A stretch of DNA of 64,000 bases from a bacterium. Lineage in GTDB: Bacteria > Auribacterota > UBA3054. The stretch covers positions 11,839 to 75,838 of the forward strand of contig JAGCTE010000035.1 in the NCBI GenBank assembly GCA_017963805.1, in the 5' to 3' direction. Each line of letters begins with the position of its first letter. Within the stretch, counting starts at the first letter, position 1. The position numbers and the translations under genes were made by a program. Positions 55,691-64,000 of the stretch are shown here, piece by piece. The notes beneath the pieces were generated by a model. It made no database searches and was not told the DNA's origin. It saw only the letters and a program-made list of their open reading frames with translations.

Positions 55691-56568
55691 AAGGTCAGGA
55701 CGGACTGGATGTCTGGAGAGTTCGTGAAGAGCATGGTCAGGCGGTCGATGCCTAGGGCGGTGCCGGCGGAAGGTGGGAAGGTCTTCATGGCTTCCAGGAA
55801 AGTGTTGGGGAAGGGGTAGGGCTGCATGTTGTTCTGCGCCCTGCGTTGCTGCTCTGTTTCGATATTCTGGCGCTGCTTTTCCCAGTCGGCCAGCTCCGTG
55901 CAGCCGTTGGCGAGCTCGAGCCCCGCGATGTAAAGCTCGAAGCGCTGGCCCAGGTTCTGGTCGCCTTGGCAGGCGGCGGACATGGGGCAGTATTTGACGG
56001 GGTAGTCGGAAAGGAATGTCGGCTTGTTCCATCCGAGGTTGGGTTCTATCAGCCTTCCCATTTCCTCGTCGAACTGGAAGTCGTCTGTTGGGGCGGGATG
56101 CCCCGCGAATTTGCGGTAGGCCTCGTCTACTTTTATGTCTTCCCAGTTGGAGAAGAGGTCGATCTCTTTGTCACCGCGCTCGATTGTTTTGGTGTTAAGG
56201 ACTTCCGCGATGAAGCGGATGAGCTTTACTGTGTCTTCTTTGAGTTGGGTGTAGTCAGAGTGGGCGCGGTACCATTCCAGCATGGTGAATTCTTCCCGGT
56301 GGCGGGAGCCGTGCTCGTTTTTGCGGAAGCATTTCGTTATCTGGAAGATCTTCTGGGCGCCCTGGGCCAAAAGGGGCTTCATATAAACTTCCGGGCTCGT
56401 GATGAGGAAACCATTTTCGGTTTTTACGGCCTCAATGTTGGCTTCCGGGAGAGGCTCGGTGGTTATGATAGGCGTCTCCACTTCCAGAAAGCCTTCCAGA
56501 TGGAAAAAAGAACGCGCCGCCCGAATGATCTCGGAGCGGCGCGCAAGATTTTGGAACTTAACGGTCAT
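55687..56568 (-). CDS. epmA: EF-P lysine34 lysyltransferase (class II aaRS-like, GenX/PoxA)
   Basis: Class II aminoacyl-tRNA-synthetase core without an anticodon domain (FFHLEGFLEVETPI, KCFRKNE, REEFTMLEWY, GLELANG). The adjacency to efp is canonical. Confidence 0.85.
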   Translation of the reverse strand: MTVKFQNLARRSEIIRAARSFFHLEGFLEVETPIITTEPLPEANIEAVKTENGFLITSPEVYMKPLLAQGAQKIFQITKCFRKNEHGSRHREEFTMLEWYRAHSDYTQLKEDTVKLIRFIAEVLNTKTIERGDKEIDLFSNWEDIKVDEAYRKFAGHPAPTDDFQFDEEMGRLIEPNLGWNKPTFLSDYPVKYCPMSAACQGDQNLGQRFELYIAGLELANGCTELADWEKQRQNIETEQQRRAQNNMQPYPFPNTFLEAMKTFPPSAGTALGIDRLTMLFTNSPDIQSVLTF

Positions 56569-56570
56569 CC

Positions 56571-57137
56571 TTACTTCGTGGAGACTCTGGCGAGGTATTC
56601 GCCCGTCCTGGTGTCGATCCTGATGACGTCGCCTTCGTTGACGAAGAGGGGGACCTTGATTTCAAGGCCGGTCTCCATGGTCGCGGGCTTCGTGGCGTTG
56701 GTGGCGGTGTCGCCCTTGACGCCCGGGTCGGAACGAGTAACTTTCATTTCCACAAAGGAGGGGAGAGTGACGTCGATCACCATCTCGTTGTAGAGGGTGC
56801 CGTCCACTTCCATGTTCTCCATGAGGTAGTCCTTCTTGTCTTCCATCAGTTCGGCGTTCACGGAGTAGTTCTCGAAAGTCTCGGGATCCATGAAGACGTA
56901 GTTCGTGCCGTCGAAGTAGGAATACTGCAGCTTCAGGTTGCTGACGTTGGCGGGCTGGAACTTGTCGTTGGAACGATAGGATTTGTCGATGGAGTAGCCG
57001 GTCAGCAAATTTTTCATGCGGACGCGGTAGATGGCCTGGCCTTTGCCGGGTTTGCTGAACTCAAAGTCAGTGATGATGTAGGGTTCGCCTTCGAGTTCGA
57101 TCTTGATGCCTTTTTTGAGGTCGCTGGCTTCGTACAT
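56571..57137 (-). CDS. efp: elongation factor P
   Basis: 188-aa EF-P with the KPGKGQA loop (Lys34 equivalent). The ORF track's longer N-terminal extension is unlikely; MYEASDLKKG is the conserved start. Confidence 0.9.
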   Translation of the reverse strand: MYEASDLKKGIKIELEGEPYIITDFEFSKPGKGQAIYRVRMKNLLTGYSIDKSYRSNDKFQPANVSNLKLQYSYFDGTNYVFMDPETFENYSVNAELMEDKKDYLMENMEVDGTLYNEMVIDVTLPSFVEMKVTRSDPGVKGDTATNATKPATMETGLEIKVPLFVNEGDVIRIDTRTGEYLARVSTK

Positions 57138-57284
57138 AAGTTTTCTTTCTTTTTGGTTAATTGTTGCCGTAATTATAGCAGAAGGTGATTTTAGGCGCAA
57201 TATGTTCGGCACTTGCTCCTTAAGGGCGAAAAGACTAAAATTCTAGGCGGTTCATTATATTTTTTTAATTTCACAGGAGAAAGC

Positions 57285-58190
57285 ATGAAACCTACTCTTC
57301 TTATTCTGGCGGCCGGCATGGGCAGCCGTTACGGCGGATTGAAACAGATCGACTCTATGGGCCCCTCCGGGGAAGTCATCATGGATTATTCCATTTTCGA
57401 CGCCATCAGAGCCAATTTCGGCAAGATCGTTTTCGTTATCAGGCATGACTTCGAGGAAGAATTCAGAGTCAAAGTCGGCAACAAATACGCGCACATGCTG
57501 CCGGTGGAATACGCCTTCCAGGATCTCAACGACATCCCGGCTGGATTCAAGGTCCCACCTGGCCGCGAGAAACCCTGGGGCACCAGCCACGCCATTCTGT
57601 CCGCCAGAAACGTCATCAAAGAGCCATTCGCCATGGTGAACGCCGACGACTTCTACGGCGCCGAATCCTACGAGATCGTGGGGGACTACCTTTCCAAGGT
57701 CGACCCCGCGACCAACGAATGGTGCATGTCCGGCTACAAGCTCTGCAACGTTCTCTCTGAATACGGCGGCGTGACGAGAGCCATCTGCCGCACGGACGAG
57801 AACGACTACCTGACCAGGATCGAGGAAATGTTCAAGATCGTTAAGGACGGCGACCACTGCAAAGGCTGCAACAAGGCCGAGGAATGGCGCGAGATCGGCC
57901 TGCAGGATCTTACCAGCATGAACTTCTTCGGCTTCACGCCGGGCATCTTCAAGCTCCTGGAAGAAGGCTTCGTGACGTTTTTGGAAAAGGAAGGCACGGC
58001 CATGAAGTCCGAGTACCTCATCCCGACTTCCGTCAACGATCTTATCGGCGCCGGAAAGGGACACCTGAAATGCCTGGCTACCAACGGAAAGTGGTTCGGC
58101 GTCACCTATCCCGAAGACAAGCCTATCGTTCAAAAGAACATTCAGGCGCTCGTGGATGCCGGCAAGTATCCCACTCCGCTCTTCAAGTAA
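57285..58190 (+). CDS. sugar-phosphate nucleotidyltransferase family protein
   Basis: ATG 57285 after an aggaga RBS. N-terminal LILAAGMGSRYGGLKQ (the G-x-G-x-R NTP_transferase signature). Confidence 0.7.
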   Translation: MKPTLLILAAGMGSRYGGLKQIDSMGPSGEVIMDYSIFDAIRANFGKIVFVIRHDFEEEFRVKVGNKYAHMLPVEYAFQDLNDIPAGFKVPPGREKPWGTSHAILSARNVIKEPFAMVNADDFYGAESYEIVGDYLSKVDPATNEWCMSGYKLCNVLSEYGGVTRAICRTDENDYLTRIEEMFKIVKDGDHCKGCNKAEEWREIGLQDLTSMNFFGFTPGIFKLLEEGFVTFLEKEGTAMKSEYLIPTSVNDLIGAGKGHLKCLATNGKWFGVTYPEDKPIVQKNIQALVDAGKYPTPLFK

Positions 58191-58207
58191 GCGCAAAGAT
58201 CCGAAAA

Positions 58208-58240
58208 AAGGAAAAGCCGCGGTCACCCGCGGCTTTTTTA
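58208..58240 (+). terminator. rho-independent terminator
   Basis: aaaagccgcgg-tcacc-cgcggctttttt. Confidence 0.7.
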
Positions 58241-58246
58241 ATTATT

Positions 58247-58322
58247 TGGTGCGCCATCTAGGATTCGAACCTAGGACCCATTGATTAAGAGTCAATTGCT
58301 CTACCAGCTGAGCTAATGGCGC
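58247..58322 (-). tRNA. tRNA-Lys (anticodon CTT)
   Basis: Reverse complement is GCGCCAT-TA-GCTCAGCTGGTAGAGC-A-ATTGA-CTCTTAA-TCAAT-GGGTC-CTAGGTTCGAATCCTAG-ATGGCGC-A-CCA. Canonical cloverleaf with a 7/7 acceptor stem, TTCGAAT T-loop, encoded CCA, and anticodon loop CTCTTAA. Confidence 0.9.
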
Positions 58323-58402
58323 TTCGATTCAATTAAGTAGCGAAAAGTGTACTACAACCCAGTCTGAAAGTCAAGTGGGGCAGAGTTAAGGGCGGTCTTA
58401 AT

Positions 58403-58414
58403 TTTTGCTATAAT
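58403..58414 (+). promoter_or_regulatory. putative extended -10 element TTTTTGCTATAAT upstream of yhcH-like/pfkA
   Basis: TGcTATAAT about 31 nt upstream of ATG 58446; this is the third occurrence of the same 12-mer in the window. Confidence 0.35.
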
Positions 58415-58445
58415 AAACTATTACTTACCTAAAATTAGAAAAAAT

Positions 58446-58928
58446 ATGTACTTCGGCAATTATTCCATTCTTTCCTCCCTTCCGGGGGACGGGAAGATCT
58501 GGGAGAAGACGGGGGAAGTTTTGGAACTTCTTCCCACTCTTCCTCTGGGCAGGACGGATATCATCCCGGGCGTCATGTACGTCAACAAGGAGGAATATTC
58601 CAGCAAGGATCCGGCGCTTCTGCGCCCGGAGGTGTACCATCGCTTCATAGACGTGCAGACCGTTCTGCAGGGGATGGAGCTCGTGCGCTGCTACCTTCCG
58701 GCGGAGCTGACGGAAGACACGCCGTATGACGAGGCGAAGGACCTTGGCTTCTATAAGGCCGGGGCCGCGGCCTGCCAGTCGGGGATACTCGATCCCGGGC
58801 ACATCGCCGTCATCCCGCCCTTTGAAGCCCACGCTTCCCAGATGTGGGTCTTCGAGGGCGAAAGTTTGCCGATAAAAAAGGCGGTGATAAAGATCGCCGT
58901 TAATTCCGTAATGGAAAACTGGGTGTGA
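58446..58928 (+). CDS. YhcH/YjgK/YiaL-family protein (DUF386)
   Basis: Alignable to E. coli YhcH: HRFIDVQTVLQG vs ARYLDIQIVLKG; IAVIPPFEAH vs VVFYPGEVH; IKKAVIKIA vs VRKAVVKML. Confidence 0.65.
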   Translation: MYFGNYSILSSLPGDGKIWEKTGEVLELLPTLPLGRTDIIPGVMYVNKEEYSSKDPALLRPEVYHRFIDVQTVLQGMELVRCYLPAELTEDTPYDEAKDLGFYKAGAAACQSGILDPGHIAVIPPFEAHASQMWVFEGESLPIKKAVIKIAVNSVMENWV

Positions 58929-58932
58929 TTTT

Positions 58933-59913
58933 ATGGAAAACGCAGTCAAAAAAATAGCCATTCTTACTTCCGGCGGCGACTGTCCCGGGATGAACCCCTG
59001 CATCAGGGCCGCCGTAAGGACGGCCGTGGCCAGGGGGCTTGAGATCTACGGAGTCTACGACGGCCTCCAGGGGCTCATAGACGACCGTTTCGAAAAACTG
59101 AAAGGCACTTTCGCCTCCGGCCTGTCGTCTCTGGGCGGAACGGTCCTCGGGACGGCCAGGAGCGCTGAGTTCATGACGCCGGAAGGAAGGGCGAAGGCGG
59201 CCGAGAACGTAAGGAGGCGCGGCGTGGAGGCGCTCGTCATCATGGGCGGCGACGGCTCCTTCAGGGGAGGCTCCGCCCTGTGCCAGGAGCAGGGGATTCA
59301 TTTCGCCGGGCTCCCCTGCACTATAGACAACGACATGTACGGCACCGACTATACGATAGGCTTCAACACGGCCCTGGACACGATCGTCGAGGCCGTGGAC
59401 AAGGTAAGGGACACCGCGAGGTCGCACCACAGGCTCTTCTTCGTCGAGACCATGGGGCGGTATTCCGGCGCTCTGGCGGTCTCCGCCGCTGTCGCGACCG
59501 GCGCCGACGCAGTTTTGATCCCGGAGACCAAGACGGACCTTCCGGCTTTGGCTGAGAAGATCAAAAAGTCTTTCGCCAGGGCGCACAAGAGTTTCATCGT
59601 CATCGTGGCGGAAGGCGACGAGGCCGGCAACGCCATCACGATAGAGAAGAAGGTGAGGGAGCTATCGGGCGTCGAGGGCAGAGTCTGCGTTTTGGGACAT
59701 GTCCAGAGGGGCGGCTCCCCCTGCGCTTTCGACAGGATTCTAGCTTCGGTCCTTGGCCTCCGCGCCGTGGAAGCGCTCTGCGAAGGCAAAAAGAACATTT
59801 TCCTGGGCGTTCAGGATGAGAAAGTCACCATAACGCCCATCGAAGAGATCATAGGGAAGAAGAAACCTTTCAGGAAGAATTTTTTGGAAGTGGCCGACGT
59901 GCTCTGCACATAG
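58933..59913 (+). CDS. pfkA: ATP-dependent 6-phosphofructokinase
   Basis: ILTSGGDCPGMN, MGG, TIDNDM and GH(V/I)QRGG motifs. Confidence 0.9.
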   Translation: MENAVKKIAILTSGGDCPGMNPCIRAAVRTAVARGLEIYGVYDGLQGLIDDRFEKLKGTFASGLSSLGGTVLGTARSAEFMTPEGRAKAAENVRRRGVEALVIMGGDGSFRGGSALCQEQGIHFAGLPCTIDNDMYGTDYTIGFNTALDTIVEAVDKVRDTARSHHRLFFVETMGRYSGALAVSAAVATGADAVLIPETKTDLPALAEKIKKSFARAHKSFIVIVAEGDEAGNAITIEKKVRELSGVEGRVCVLGHVQRGGSPCAFDRILASVLGLRAVEALCEGKKNIFLGVQDEKVTITPIEEIIGKKKPFRKNFLEVADVLCT

Positions 59914-59927
59914 AAAAGGAACATTAC

Positions 59928-60683
59928 ATGGCTGAAGGAAAACTTTACATCATAGGCGTAGGCCCCGGAGACCCCGAGCTTCTTACCATAAAGGCGTCGC
60001 GCTGCATGGAAATGTGCGACGTTCTCTACCACGACGCCTCCATATCGGAAGAGATACTCTGCTTCGCCCCGAAAACGACGGAAAAGATCCCGCTTTCCGA
60101 CGAGGGCGACGGCGAGACCATCTCCTTTGAGGACGTCAAGGCGGTAATCGACTCCGTGAAAGCGGGTAAAAAAGTCGGCGTGCTCCTGGAAGGCGATCCT
60201 TTCATTTTCGGGATCGGGGCGGAAGTGGCAAGGAAAGCGGTCTCGGCCGGCTTAAAATTCGAGCTGGTGCCGGGCATCACGTCCGCTTCGGCCGCTGCCG
60301 TCTACGCCGGCATTCCCCTGACCTACAGAGGCTACGCCTCGACCCTGGCCTTCGCCATAGGGCATTCAAGTCTGAACAGGCGCTACACCGACGTGGACTG
60401 GCCGAGAGTCGCCGTAGGCATGCAGACTCTTGTCTTCTTCATCAACGAAGAGTCTCTTCCCATGGTGATAGAGAAGCTTCTTGCCAACGGGCGCGACCCG
60501 AGGACGCCGGCGGCCATCGTAAGCTCGGGCACCAGGAAGGACCAGAGCACGATCGCCGGGACGCTTGGGGAGCTGAGGGCTATGACCGAGGACGAGCGCG
60601 AGAGCGCCAAGATCCCGATGCCGGCCGTTTTGATAGTAGGCGACGTAGTGGGCCTGAGATCCGAATTGAAGTGGTTTGAATGA
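59928..60683 (+). CDS. cobA: uroporphyrinogen-III C-methyltransferase-like tetrapyrrole (corrin/porphyrin) methylase
   Basis: KLYIIGVGPGDPELLTIKA, class III SAM-dependent tetrapyrrole methylase fold; about 250 aa. Confidence 0.78.
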   Translation: MAEGKLYIIGVGPGDPELLTIKASRCMEMCDVLYHDASISEEILCFAPKTTEKIPLSDEGDGETISFEDVKAVIDSVKAGKKVGVLLEGDPFIFGIGAEVARKAVSAGLKFELVPGITSASAAAVYAGIPLTYRGYASTLAFAIGHSSLNRRYTDVDWPRVAVGMQTLVFFINEESLPMVIEKLLANGRDPRTPAAIVSSGTRKDQSTIAGTLGELRAMTEDERESAKIPMPAVLIVGDVVGLRSELKWFE

Positions 60684-60684
60684 G

Positions 60685-62289
60685 ATGATGGAAGGAAGCG
60701 AAAGCCAGCGGAAAATGACCAGGGCGGCCGGCGTGAACAGTTTCTTCACGACGCTGAGCCGCATTTTCGGCCTCGTCAGGGACATGCTGATGGCGAATTA
60801 TTTCGGCACCGGCTTCTGCTGCTCCGCTTTTGTCACGGCCTTCACTCTGCCGAACCTATTGAGGAGGCTTTTCGGCGAGGGCGCCCTGGCTTCCGTCTTC
60901 GTTCCGCAGTTCGCCCAGGTCATGCAGGAAAAGGGCAAAGAGGAAGCCTACAAGTGCGCTTCCATGACGCTCTCCTGGCTCGCGGTCATCCTTACTTCCA
61001 TCACGATCGTGGTGGCGGCCGTCGCTTTGGCGTCCGTGCCTTTCCTTGATTTTTCGCCGAAGTGGCGCTTGACGGCGCTTCTTATCGCCGTCATGATGCC
61101 GTACTGCGTTTTCATCTGTTTGACGGCTCTGTGCGGCGCGATGCTCAACACTTTGGGGCATTTCAGCATGCCGGCTCTGGCTCCGGTCTTTTTGAACATC
61201 TGCATCATAACGACGGTCTGGATCGGCGCCTTCTTTAGCAAGACCGGTTCCCAAGTCCATATCTTCTACGCCGCGCTGGGCGTCCTTTTAGGCGGCATAG
61301 CGCAGCTCGCCTTGCAGGTCCCGGAACTCTGGAAAAGGGGATACCGCTTCAAGTTTTCCATTCCCTTGGACCATCCCTTCGTAAAAAAGATCGTGACCGT
61401 CATGATGCCGGCCGTGCTTGGAACAGGCGTGGCTCAGATAAACATCATGGTGGACCGCTACCTCGCCAACTCCGTCAACGAGCGCGGCGCGGCGGTGCTC
61501 TACAACGCCGACAGGCTCGTCGAGTTCCCCTTGGGCATCTTCGGCGTGGCGCTCGCCGTGGCGGCGCTCCCGGTCTTGAGCTTCGCGCACGCCCAGGGCG
61601 ACAAGGACCGCTTCAAGGACGCGCTGGGCTTTTCGCTTAGGCACTCCTCCTTTGTGATGATCCCCGCCATGTGCGGCCTCATTATCCTTGGCGAACCGAT
61701 CATCAGGCTGCTTCTGGAGCACGGCGAATTCACGGCGGAAAGCACGTCTTACACCGCCAGGGCGCTTTTCTATTACACGCTAGGCCTTCCCGGCTTCGCC
61801 ATCGTCAAGATCCTCGTCCCGGCCTTCTACGCCGCCAAGGACACCAAGACGCCCGTTATAATAGGCCTTGCCATGATGGTGCTGAACCTTACGCTGAACC
61901 TTATTCTCATGCACTTCATGGAGGAAAGGGGCCTGGCTCTGGCAACGGCTATCTCAACCTACATCAACATCACGCTTCTTCTGATCTTCCTGAGAAAGAA
62001 ATGCGGGCCCTTAGGCCTTACCAACGTCACGCTCTCCTTTGTCAAGACGATCTTCAGCAGCCTTTTGATGTCGCTGGCCATAATCGCCGCCCTGAAACTA
62101 TTGAGCGACCATCTGCCGCAGCAGGGGACTTTCTTAGCGAAGTTTCTTTTGGTCGTCATACCCGTAATGACCGGCCTTTTTGTCTACGCCGTCTCCGCCC
62201 TCATATTGAAGCAGGACGAATGGAAGGAGCTTTTCAAAGCCTACTTCAGGGGCGCCGGGAAACCAAGAGAAAAATCGAACAACAAATAA
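60685..62289 (+). CDS. murJ: lipid II flippase MurJ/MviN
   Basis: LSRIFGLVRDMLMANYFG...FTLPNLLRRLFGEGALASVFVP and a 14-TM MOP-family topology. ATG 60685 is chosen; the ORF track starts at TTG 60676. Confidence 0.9.
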   Translation: MMEGSESQRKMTRAAGVNSFFTTLSRIFGLVRDMLMANYFGTGFCCSAFVTAFTLPNLLRRLFGEGALASVFVPQFAQVMQEKGKEEAYKCASMTLSWLAVILTSITIVVAAVALASVPFLDFSPKWRLTALLIAVMMPYCVFICLTALCGAMLNTLGHFSMPALAPVFLNICIITTVWIGAFFSKTGSQVHIFYAALGVLLGGIAQLALQVPELWKRGYRFKFSIPLDHPFVKKIVTVMMPAVLGTGVAQINIMVDRYLANSVNERGAAVLYNADRLVEFPLGIFGVALAVAALPVLSFAHAQGDKDRFKDALGFSLRHSSFVMIPAMCGLIILGEPIIRLLLEHGEFTAESTSYTARALFYYTLGLPGFAIVKILVPAFYAAKDTKTPVIIGLAMMVLNLTLNLILMHFMEERGLALATAISTYINITLLLIFLRKKCGPLGLTNVTLSFVKTIFSSLLMSLAIIAALKLLSDHLPQQGTFLAKFLLVVIPVMTGLFVYAVSALILKQDEWKELFKAYFRGAGKPREKSNNK

Positions 62290-62310
62290 CAATCAACATA
62301 AAATTAAATC

Positions 62311-64000
62311 ATGACACGCTTCACTTCCCTAATCGTTGCCATAATTTTGGCCGCCCTCGTTTCGCAAGCCGAAACCGAAAGTCCGATCTTCAACTACGAA
62401 AGACCGACCAACCAGGATCTCCTCAACACCAAGTGCGATCTGGAAACTTATCCCGACGCCGACACAGTCATCATGTTTCTGCATGAAGGCAGCCAGTACC
62501 GGGAAGACGGCACCGGAATTTCCGTCTGCGACGAATGCATCAAAGTCTTGACGGAACCCGGCAAGCGCGACAGCCTTGTCGCCAGCTTAAGCTACAACGC
62601 GGCCTACGGCACCTCTTACTTCGTGAGAGTGACCATCATAAAGCCGGACGGCAGGGAAGTGCCGATTGACGTCACGAAGTCCGAGACCATGATCGACACC
62701 AGCCAGATGAGCTCCAACATCTACGACCCGGCCTCCAAGATCGTGCAGCTTAGCCTGCCCGGCCTGGAAGTGGGGGACATCTACAGGGTGGAGTCCATCG
62801 ACGTCATCAGCAAGGCTAGGATGAAGGACGCCTGGTCCGGCGGCTTCGTCGGCGAATTCATGTCTCCTCTCTTAAAGGAGACCATCGAAGTCTACGCCCC
62901 GAAGGCGAAACCGTTGGCTTACGTAACCAAGCGCTTTGAGATACCCGGCACCATAGTGGAGAAGAAAGAGGAAACCGAAGACACGATCCACTACAGCTGG
63001 GAAGTCAGCAACGTTCCCCAGATCTTCCCGGAACCCGCCATGGCGCCTTTCTACGTCGCCTGCCAGCGCTACTATTTCGGCACCATCCCGAGCTGGGAGG
63101 AGATCTCCAAGTGGTACATTGACCTTTGCGAACCGAGAATGGCCGCGACAACTCCGGAAATGGAGACGCTCGCCAAAGAGCTGACGGAAGGCAAGGAGAC
63201 GATAAGGGAGAAAGCCGAAGCGCTGCACCGCTGGGTCGCCAAGCAGGTCCGCTACAGCGGCCTCACGACCGAGACCGTCGCCCCCGGCTACGAGCCGCAC
63301 GACGTCAAGATAACCTTCGAGAACCGCTACGGCGTCTGCCGCGACAAGGCCGCGCTCCTTTGCACCCTGCACCGCATGGCCGGGCTGGAAGCCTATCCCG
63401 TTTTGATCCTGGTCGGCCCCAAGAAAGACCAGGATTCGCCCAACCCCTGGTTCAACCACGCCATCAACGCGGTCGTTGACGAAAAGGGCGAATACATCAT
63501 CATGGACCCGACGCCCGAGACCGAAAAGAACTTAGTTCCGCCCTACGAAGCGGACACCAGCTACCTCATCTGCAGGCCCGAGGGCGAAACGCTCATGACC
63601 ATGCCCCAGGAGCCGGTCGAGGACAACATGGCGACCGAAGTTTTGAAAGGCAAATTCGACAAGGAAGGCAACCTCATAGCCGAACTGACGAGCGTTTACA
63701 CCGGCATCAACGACACGAACGTCAGAGGCAGCTACCTGAGAGCCAAGGAAGAGGAGAAGAAGGCCATGGTCGAAAGCCTCCTCGGCGCTATTTTCGGCGC
63801 CACCGAGCTTTTCGACTACGAGATCACGCCCAAGGATCTCCACGACATGAGCGAGCCCTTCACCATGAAAATAAAATTCAAGGCGACCGGCCTCATGACG
63901 GAGCAGGACGGCTACTATGTCCTTGACAGCCTTTACTCCATGGCGGCCTACAGCACGGTCTGCCCGATCATCCTCTCCAGGATGTCCACCAGCCTTGACA
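62311..64000 (+). CDS. DUF3857 + transglutaminase-like domain protein (partial; continues beyond the window)
   Basis: Signal peptide MTRFTSLIVAIILAALVSQA. Transglutaminase-like Cys-His-Asp core (YGVCRDKAALLCTLHRMAG...NHAINAVVD). No stop before position 64000. Confidence 0.75.
   Translation, partial: MTRFTSLIVAIILAALVSQAETESPIFNYERPTNQDLLNTKCDLETYPDADTVIMFLHEGSQYREDGTGISVCDECIKVLTEPGKRDSLVASLSYNAAYGTSYFVRVTIIKPDGREVPIDVTKSETMIDTSQMSSNIYDPASKIVQLSLPGLEVGDIYRVESIDVISKARMKDAWSGGFVGEFMSPLLKETIEVYAPKAKPLAYVTKRFEIPGTIVEKKEETEDTIHYSWEVSNVPQIFPEPAMAPFYVACQRYYFGTIPSWEEISKWYIDLCEPRMAATTPEMETLAKELTEGKETIREKAEALHRWVAKQVRYSGLTTETVAPGYEPHDVKITFENRYGVCRDKAALLCTLHRMAGLEAYPVLILVGPKKDQDSPNPWFNHAINAVVDEKGEYIIMDPTPETEKNLVPPYEADTSYLICRPEGETLMTMPQEPVEDNMATEVLKGKFDKEGNLIAELTSVYTGINDTNVRGSYLRAKEEEKKAMVESLLGAIFGATELFDYEITPKDLHDMSEPFTMKIKFKATGLMTEQDGYYVLDSLYSMAAYSTVCPIILSRMSTSLD

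Noticed and set aside
56571-57212. 213-aa version of EF-P given in the ORF track.
   Set aside because: The conserved EF-P N-terminus begins at MYEASDLKKG (ATG 57137). The 25-aa extension has no homology and would make the protein longer than any EF-P.

Overview
This is a high-GC Gram-negative chromosomal segment. The signals (PEP-CTERM proteins, expanded FGE/SUMF1-fold paralogs, prepilin-like N-termini, a full lipid A cluster) fit a Planctomycetes-Verrucomicrobia-Chlamydiae type organism, possibly Lentisphaerae or Kiritimatiellae, but I cannot confirm the phylum without a search.

Reading left to right, the housekeeping backbone is:
- tpiA (-).
- A xerD-like recombinase with no canonical start codon.
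- A glycan-synthesis operon (+): a 1008-aa GT2+GT4+GT4 glycosyltransferase, a coiled-coil repeat protein with a SAM methyltransferase domain, galE, a secreted transglutaminase-like protein, and a permuted GH3 glycosidase with a C-terminal CBM.
- A convergent lipid A cluster (-): lpxA, fabZ, lpxC, lpxD, skp, skp.
- A divergent 4-gene operon of uncharacterised membrane proteins.
- A partner-switching module (STAS + GAF/PP2C phosphatase).
- comM, frr, a single protein made of three tandem STAS domains, and nadE.

The most unusual part is 30.9-43.2 kb. Two paralogous proteins of about 1320 aa carry a GspK/T2SS-K-like pseudopilin N-terminus (including the DExAKINxxTA motif) and a C-terminal second INxNTA + helix-hairpin-helix region. 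That is roughly four times the size of a canonical GspK. They flank a PEP-CTERM surface protein with an internal duplication, and ilvD (-). No other T2SS/T4P or exosortase genes are in the window.

Further right come gpmI, an FKBP, a flavodiiron protein and an M50 protease. Then two paralogous proteins appear in which an internal PEP-CTERM motif is fused in-frame to a second signal-like helix and a non-catalytic FGE/SUMF1-fold domain. A third FGE paralog is truncated and rearranged around an inserted accessory cassette: a COG1373 AAA ATPase with three 34-bp-phased direct repeats and its own promoter, an FGE 3' remnant, and a COG2865 Schlafen/AlbA_2-HTH protein with a palindromic operator over its -10. 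Four near-identical GC-rich hairpin terminators mark this cassette.

The window ends with epmA-efp (-), a nucleotidyltransferase, tRNA-Lys(CTT) (-), yhcH-like, pfkA, a tetrapyrrole methylase, murJ, and a partial DUF3857/transglutaminase protein.

Many long antisense ORFs in the supplied track are GC-driven artefacts and were not called.
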